The notes under the pieces are model-generated. The model searched no databases, was not told the DNA's origin, and saw only the letters and a list, made by a program, of their open reading frames with translations. The position numbers were made by a program, and so were the translations under genes. From contig OZ024751.1 in NCBI GenBank assembly GCA_964016885.1, positions 46,500,001 through 46,564,000 on the forward strand: a DNA stretch of 64,000 nucleotides, written 5' to 3'. This stretch comes from Eledone cirrhosa. Taxonomy: Eukaryota. Numbering within the stretch: position 1 is the first letter of the stretch; the number at the start of each line of letters is the position of its first letter. Below are positions 56,750 to 64,000 of the stretch, piece by piece.

Positions 56750-57099
56750 CTAGGGCGGGTAAAATCCCCGAGATCCATGGACGAGATCTCTCCAGCGGTC
56801 TCTGTCCCTCATTATCGCTGCCATGTCCTGCGTCTCCAACAGACCAGTGTCTGTCCTTAGGGCATCAACATACGTTAACCTTGGTCTTCTTCTTCCAGTG
56901 TGTCCATGTAGGGTCTCCCACAGGAGCACTGAGTGCAATGTCAACTCTGGATGTCGGTGAGCATGTCCAGCTAACCTCAGTCTTCTCTGTGGATGGGTGC
57001 TACACGAGAATGTTGAGGATGGCTCTGAACATTAATCAGTATACACTGAGGATGAAAAACTCAGAGCTGTATGGGAGCCTCCCAAAAGTCAGCTCAAAA

Positions 57100-57102
<3 letters not shown>
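56750..57102 (-). mobile_element. RTE-clade LINE 3' end with 5' inversion
   Basis: Minus 56984-56750: RLRLAGHAHRHPE..VLLWE..HG..RRRPRLTYVDAL..DTG...RDRWR. Plus 56985-57102: VDGCYTRMLRMALN...NSELYGSLPKVSSK, which is the preceding part of the same ORF. Confidence 0.85.
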
Positions 57103-57154
<52 letters not shown>

Positions 57155-57332
57155 CAAAGAAGGTGGGTATGATACCAGGTGGACCATAACGCACCAGAGT
57201 ACTCGATACTTAGGGTAGTAGAGTGGGTAATAGAAAAAGAGTTCGGATCTAGCTGTCGAAATGGCCAGAGCTCAGCCGTCGGGGTCCTGACTCTTTTCCT
57301 ATGTATATATATATTGGGTTTCCAAAACGACC

Positions 57333-57392
<60 letters not shown>

Positions 57393-57900
57393 GCAAAAGT
57401 TCTATTTAAAGTTGTTGGGATACAACAAGTAAATATATTTATAACCGACATAAAGCACTCGACAAATTTTTGGAGTAGATATACGATATTAATAAATGGA
57501 AACTATATTTATAAAACCATATTTATTTCATTATACATATTTCAGGGATACCCTTTCTCTTTCTTTCTCTCCGTCTTTTTCTAATTGTGCTTAACACTAT
57601 GACTTATTATATAAACAAATCACTATCCAGACAGCCTCCAAAAGTAATGGTTGTATTTTAAAGGGTACGTCAAACCTATTTGTAAAACTGTTATATATTG
57701 TATTTTATCTGATGAAGGCATACCATAATTTAATGTGGTATCCCTGAAATATGTATAATGAAATAAATATGGTTTTATAAATATAGTTTCCATTTATTAA
57801 TATCGTATATATATATATATATATATATATATACGGACGAAACAAGAAAAGAAACTTTGTTTACAGTAACCATACAGCACGCTTCGTTTCATGTAATTTT

Positions 57901-58074
<174 letters not shown>

Positions 58075-58280
58075 ACGAAGGAAATGTGGTAAGGAACCAG
58101 GTGGACCATAACGCACCAAAGTACTCAATACTTAGGGTAGTAGAGTGGGTAATAGGAACCAGTAAGACCCCGACGGCTGGGCTCAAGCCGTTTCAGAATT
58201 AGCCGTCGAAACGGCTTGAGCTCAGCCGTCGGGGTCTTACTGGTTCCTATTACCCACTCTACTACCCTAAGTATTGAGTA

Positions 58281-58334
<54 letters not shown>

Positions 58335-58692
58335 TACACGGCTAGATTGGTTATTTGATGCATGCAAATATAAGGTGGGGTGGTCATATCGGGAACACCC
58401 GGATCATAGGTCTGTTTCTCAATCAGGGGCGACATGGGGCTAAACGATGATATCACCTCACCACAAAACACCTTCACATTTCCTACTTCCAATAAATGAC
58501 ACACCTTGACTCTACCTGTATTTGTTCCTTAAGGAAGTTAGTTATTATTGTCAACAAGTGTATATACGTATGTTTGTGGGTACCGTGTGTTTATAGGAAG
58601 ATTTGGGTGGGGTGGGGTCAAAGGTCAGCGTGTATATTCTATGCATGTGAGAGTGGGGGGAAGAGATCTGTATGTTTACAGTGTACATACAG

Positions 58693-58736
<44 letters not shown>

Positions 58737-58778
58737 GTATATATATGTGTGTATGTATATATATATATATATATATAC

Positions 58779-58822
<44 letters not shown>

Positions 58823-58824
58823 AC

Positions 58825-58878
<54 letters not shown>

Positions 58879-58880
58879 AC

Positions 58881-58940
<60 letters not shown>

Positions 58941-59874
58941 ATACTTTGGGAGGGTCATGTTGCCAATAAGAAACACACGCACCAGTTACTTTCACTTCAA
59001 TTTATTATAATAAATTTATAAATTTACGAATTTATAAATTTCCGGTTGGTTGGTTGGTTCCACAACCAGATGGTTGTTTATATATTGTCAAAGTTCTTTC
59101 GTCACACATTCTGTGACCTCTTCAGTGACTGGGGATTCTTTTCTTTGTTTTTTATGCCTCTCCTTTGTTCTGTCCTACGCCATCTTGTTTTTGATCGCGT
59201 AGGACAGAACAAAAACAAGATGGCGTAGGACAGAACAAAGGAGAGGCACAAAAAACAAAGAAAAGAATCCCCAGTCACTGAAGAGGTCACAGAATGTGTG
59301 ACGAAAGAACTTTGACAATATATAAACAATCATCTGGTTGTGGAACCAACCAACCAACCGGAAATTTATAAATTCCTAAATTTATAAATTTATTATAATA
59401 AATTGAAGTGAAAGCAACTGGTGCGTGTGTTTCTTATTAGCAACATGACCCTCCCAAAGTATAACAATATCGGTTTCAACACACGTTTTCAGATAAAGAA
59501 TCTTGCCAAACAAATTCAGAAACGAAATATATATATATATATACATGGAAAGTTATATTTAAATTGTTGGGTTAACAACGAGTAAATATTTATAACTGAT
59601 ATAAAAGCACTCAACATGTATTTGGAGTATATTTATGATATTAAATAAATTGAAACTATATTTATAAGACTGTTTATATTGTATTTTGTCTGAAGATGGC
59701 ATAACATATTGTTAATATGATATCCCTGAAATATATATAACGAAATAAATATGGTTTTATAAATATAGTTTCCATTTATTTAATATCATATATATATATA
59801 TATATATAGGAAAAGAGTCAGGTCCCCGACGGTTGAGCTCCCACAGCTAGATCCGAACTAAGCCATATATATAT

Positions 59875-59987
<113 letters not shown>

Positions 59988-60105
59988 AATCAAAGAAACA
60001 TAAAAAAAACCGAACAAACCAGAGGGTGTAATAACATAAAGTTACATTAGTTTCATGCTTGGAGGAATAAGAGTGAACTACACACAACACACACACACAC
60101 ACACG

Positions 60106-60147
<42 letters not shown>

Positions 60148-60257
60148 TAACTATTTGTTTCTACTTTTGGCACAAGTCCAGCAATTATCCCAGTGTATTA
60201 CTGGTACTTTACTATACTGGGATAATTGCTGGCCTTGTGCCAAAAGTAGAAACACAC

Positions 60258-60290
<33 letters not shown>

Positions 60291-60572
60291 CTTGTGTGTG
60301 TGTGTGTGTCTGTCTGTTGTGTGTATGTGTTGGCTTTCCCCTGCCCACACAGTACGTTAAAATCGAAGGAGTGTGACGTTAGTAGGGAACCTGTTTTAAA
60401 AGTGTGTTTAAGGATATTAGAATGAAACCACTTCTTAGTTCAAGTATTGAAAGGATTGCGGACAGGACATGATGTGGTGGCTTACCCACATTGCCCACTC
60501 ACAGACCCTTCTTCTTCTTCTTCTTCTTGTTCTTCTTCTTCTTCATTATCATCATCATCATCATTCTCTCTC

Positions 60573-60613
<41 letters not shown>

Positions 60614-60749
60614 GCGCCCCCACACTAACCGCCCTGTCGAAATTACATTTCCATGCCCCCCTCCCCACTGTACTCCCTGCTCTCAACCGCCCTTCTAAAG
60701 CGACCCACCCCTGCACACTGCTAAACACCTCTTTGTTAGTCCAGTCTGT

Positions 60750-62010
60750 CACTACCACCACCACCACCACCACCACCACCACCACCACCACCACCACCAC
60801 CACCACCACCACCACCACCACCACCACCAACACCACCACCATCCTCACCACCGCCAACCACCACCACCACCACCATCCTCATCACCACCACCACCACCAC
60901 CACCACCACCACCACCACCACCACCACCACCACCACCACCACCACTACCACCACCACCACCACCACCACCACCACCAACCACCACCACCACCACCACCAA
61001 CACCACCACCCTCACCACCACCACCACCATTACCACCACCACCACCACCACCACCACCACCACCAACACCACCACCATCCTCACCACCGCCAACCACCAC
61101 CACCACCACCATCCTCACCACCACCACCACCACCACCACCACCACCACCACCACCACCACCACCACCACCACCACCACCACCACCACCACTACCACCACC
61201 ACCACCACCACCACCACCACCACCACCACCACCACCACCACCACCACCAACACCACCACCCTCACCACCACCACCACCATTACCACCACCACCACCACCA
61301 CCACCATCCTCATCACCACCACCACCACCACCACCACCACCACCACCACCACCACCACCACCATCCTCATCACCACCACCACCACCACCACCACCACCAC
61401 CACCACCACCACCACCACCACCACCACCACCACCACCACCACCACCACCACCACTACCACCACCACCACCACCACCACCACCACTATCCTCATCACCACC
61501 ACCACCACCACCACCACTAACACCACTACCACCGCCACCACCACCCTCACCACCACCACCACCACCACCATCCTCATCACCACCACCACCATCCTCACCA
61601 CCACCACCACCACCACCACCACCACCACCACCACCACCACCACCACCACCACCACCCTCACCACCACCACCACCACCATCCTCATCACCACCACCACCAT
61701 CCTCACCACCACCACCACCACCACCACCACCACCACCACCACCACCACCACCACCACCACCACCACCACCACCACCACCACCATCCTCATCACCACCACC
61801 ACCATCCTCACCACCACCACCACCAACCACCACCACCACCACCACCACCACCACCACCACCACCACCACCACCACCACCACCACCACCACCACCACCATC
61901 ACCACCACCACCACCACCACCACCACCACCCTCATCACCACCACCACCACCCTCACCACCACCACCCTCATCACCACCACCACCACCACCACCACCACCA
62001 CCACCAACAT
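60750..62010. repeat. (ACC)n array with periodic ATCCTC interruptions
   Basis: Direct reading. Confidence 0.9.
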
Positions 62011-62215
62011 CACTATCCCCTTGTTCAAATCCACACAGATTATCAACTGTAATGTAGAGGGTTTAGTGTTGAAGCCCCTGTCTGTGGGGGTCAGTTAGTG
62101 TAATCCCTGGGGGGAAGGTATCAAACAGGATCACTGCTAGACGCGGCTCATCACGGATCAACGTATGTCAATATATACACCACGGCTTTCTACTCTCTCT
62201 TCCTTTCTCTCTGTG

Positions 62216-62278
<63 letters not shown>

Positions 62279-62359
62279 ATGTGTGTGTGTATGGATGTGT
62301 GTGTGGAGGTTTGTATGCGTGTTTGTGTAAACCTCTTACGTAGCTGCAAAACATTACTG

Positions 62360-62634
<275 letters not shown>

Positions 62635-62755
62635 CATGCATATATACATATACATATATACATATACATATATATATATAAATATATATATATACATATA
62701 TATATACATATATATATACATATATATATACATATATATACATATATATATATAC

Positions 62756-62848
<93 letters not shown>

Positions 62849-63402
62849 TATAAAGACAGACAGACACACACACACACACACAGTCATATATATATATATA
62901 TATATAAATATTCATAAATATGTCTCTGTGCGCTGCATGTGTTATAATACACATACATTCATACACACACACACACACACACACATATATATGTGTTAGC
63001 CTCCTCTTTTTTTCTTTTCCTTATTTTCTATCCTTTTCCCCCATACCCCATCCATTATTTCTGAAAGACGGCATATATATGAGTTGGTATGTATATTTAA
63101 TTTTGATAGTTTGTATAATTTTGTATAATTTTGTACATAGATCTGTTAAATATACATGCCAATTCTAACACATATATATCCCAGAAACGATCGTTAAATA
63201 ATGAACTTTTTTTGTTTAATATAAGGAACTGTTTCATTGTTTTATTCATTATTTTTTAAATATTTTATCTTGACTCTGTATTCCGTTTATCTTTCACCGA
63301 AAGTGATTTTTCATTGCATCTCTTCTTTCCATGATATTCGGATTACATTGAGTTCTTCATACGGATTGGACACTACCGTAAACTCTTGGTAGATTTATCT
63401 AC

Positions 63403-64000
<598 letters not shown>

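Noticed and set aside
60469-62052. 527 aa Thr/His/Pro ORF
   Set aside because: (ACC)n array with register shifts

Overview
This is a eukaryotic, AT-rich, microsatellite-saturated animal window. The repeat repertoire suggests an octopus-type cephalopod (inference). One clear host gene is present: a 5-exon NDUFS4 (complex I 18 kDa subunit) on + at 47893-54135. The rest is transposon debris: two Tx1/L1-clade 3' fragments (one with a 20-bp TSD), a Dong/R4 fragment in (TAA)n, RTE fragments (one 5'-inverted), a CRE-like RLE fragment, a Helitron-like element, a pogo-like MITE, two tRNA-derived SINE families and long simple repeats. Most ORFs in the supplied track are translated microsatellites. The main hidden signal is a dense set of type I hammerhead ribozyme (HHR) motifs: roughly 30 intact or near-intact copies, from about ten unrelated short-element families. 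They sit inside (TA)n tracts, often as fold-back inverted repeats, and most have palindromic stem III. One family is physically attached to a Penelope GIY-YIG endonuclease remnant. Two related non-coding ~525-bp tandem arrays have one HHR per unit with compensatory stem II changes (retrozyme-like, potential circRNA source). One HHR carries the rare U3-A8 core. All structure calls were made by eye and not computed.
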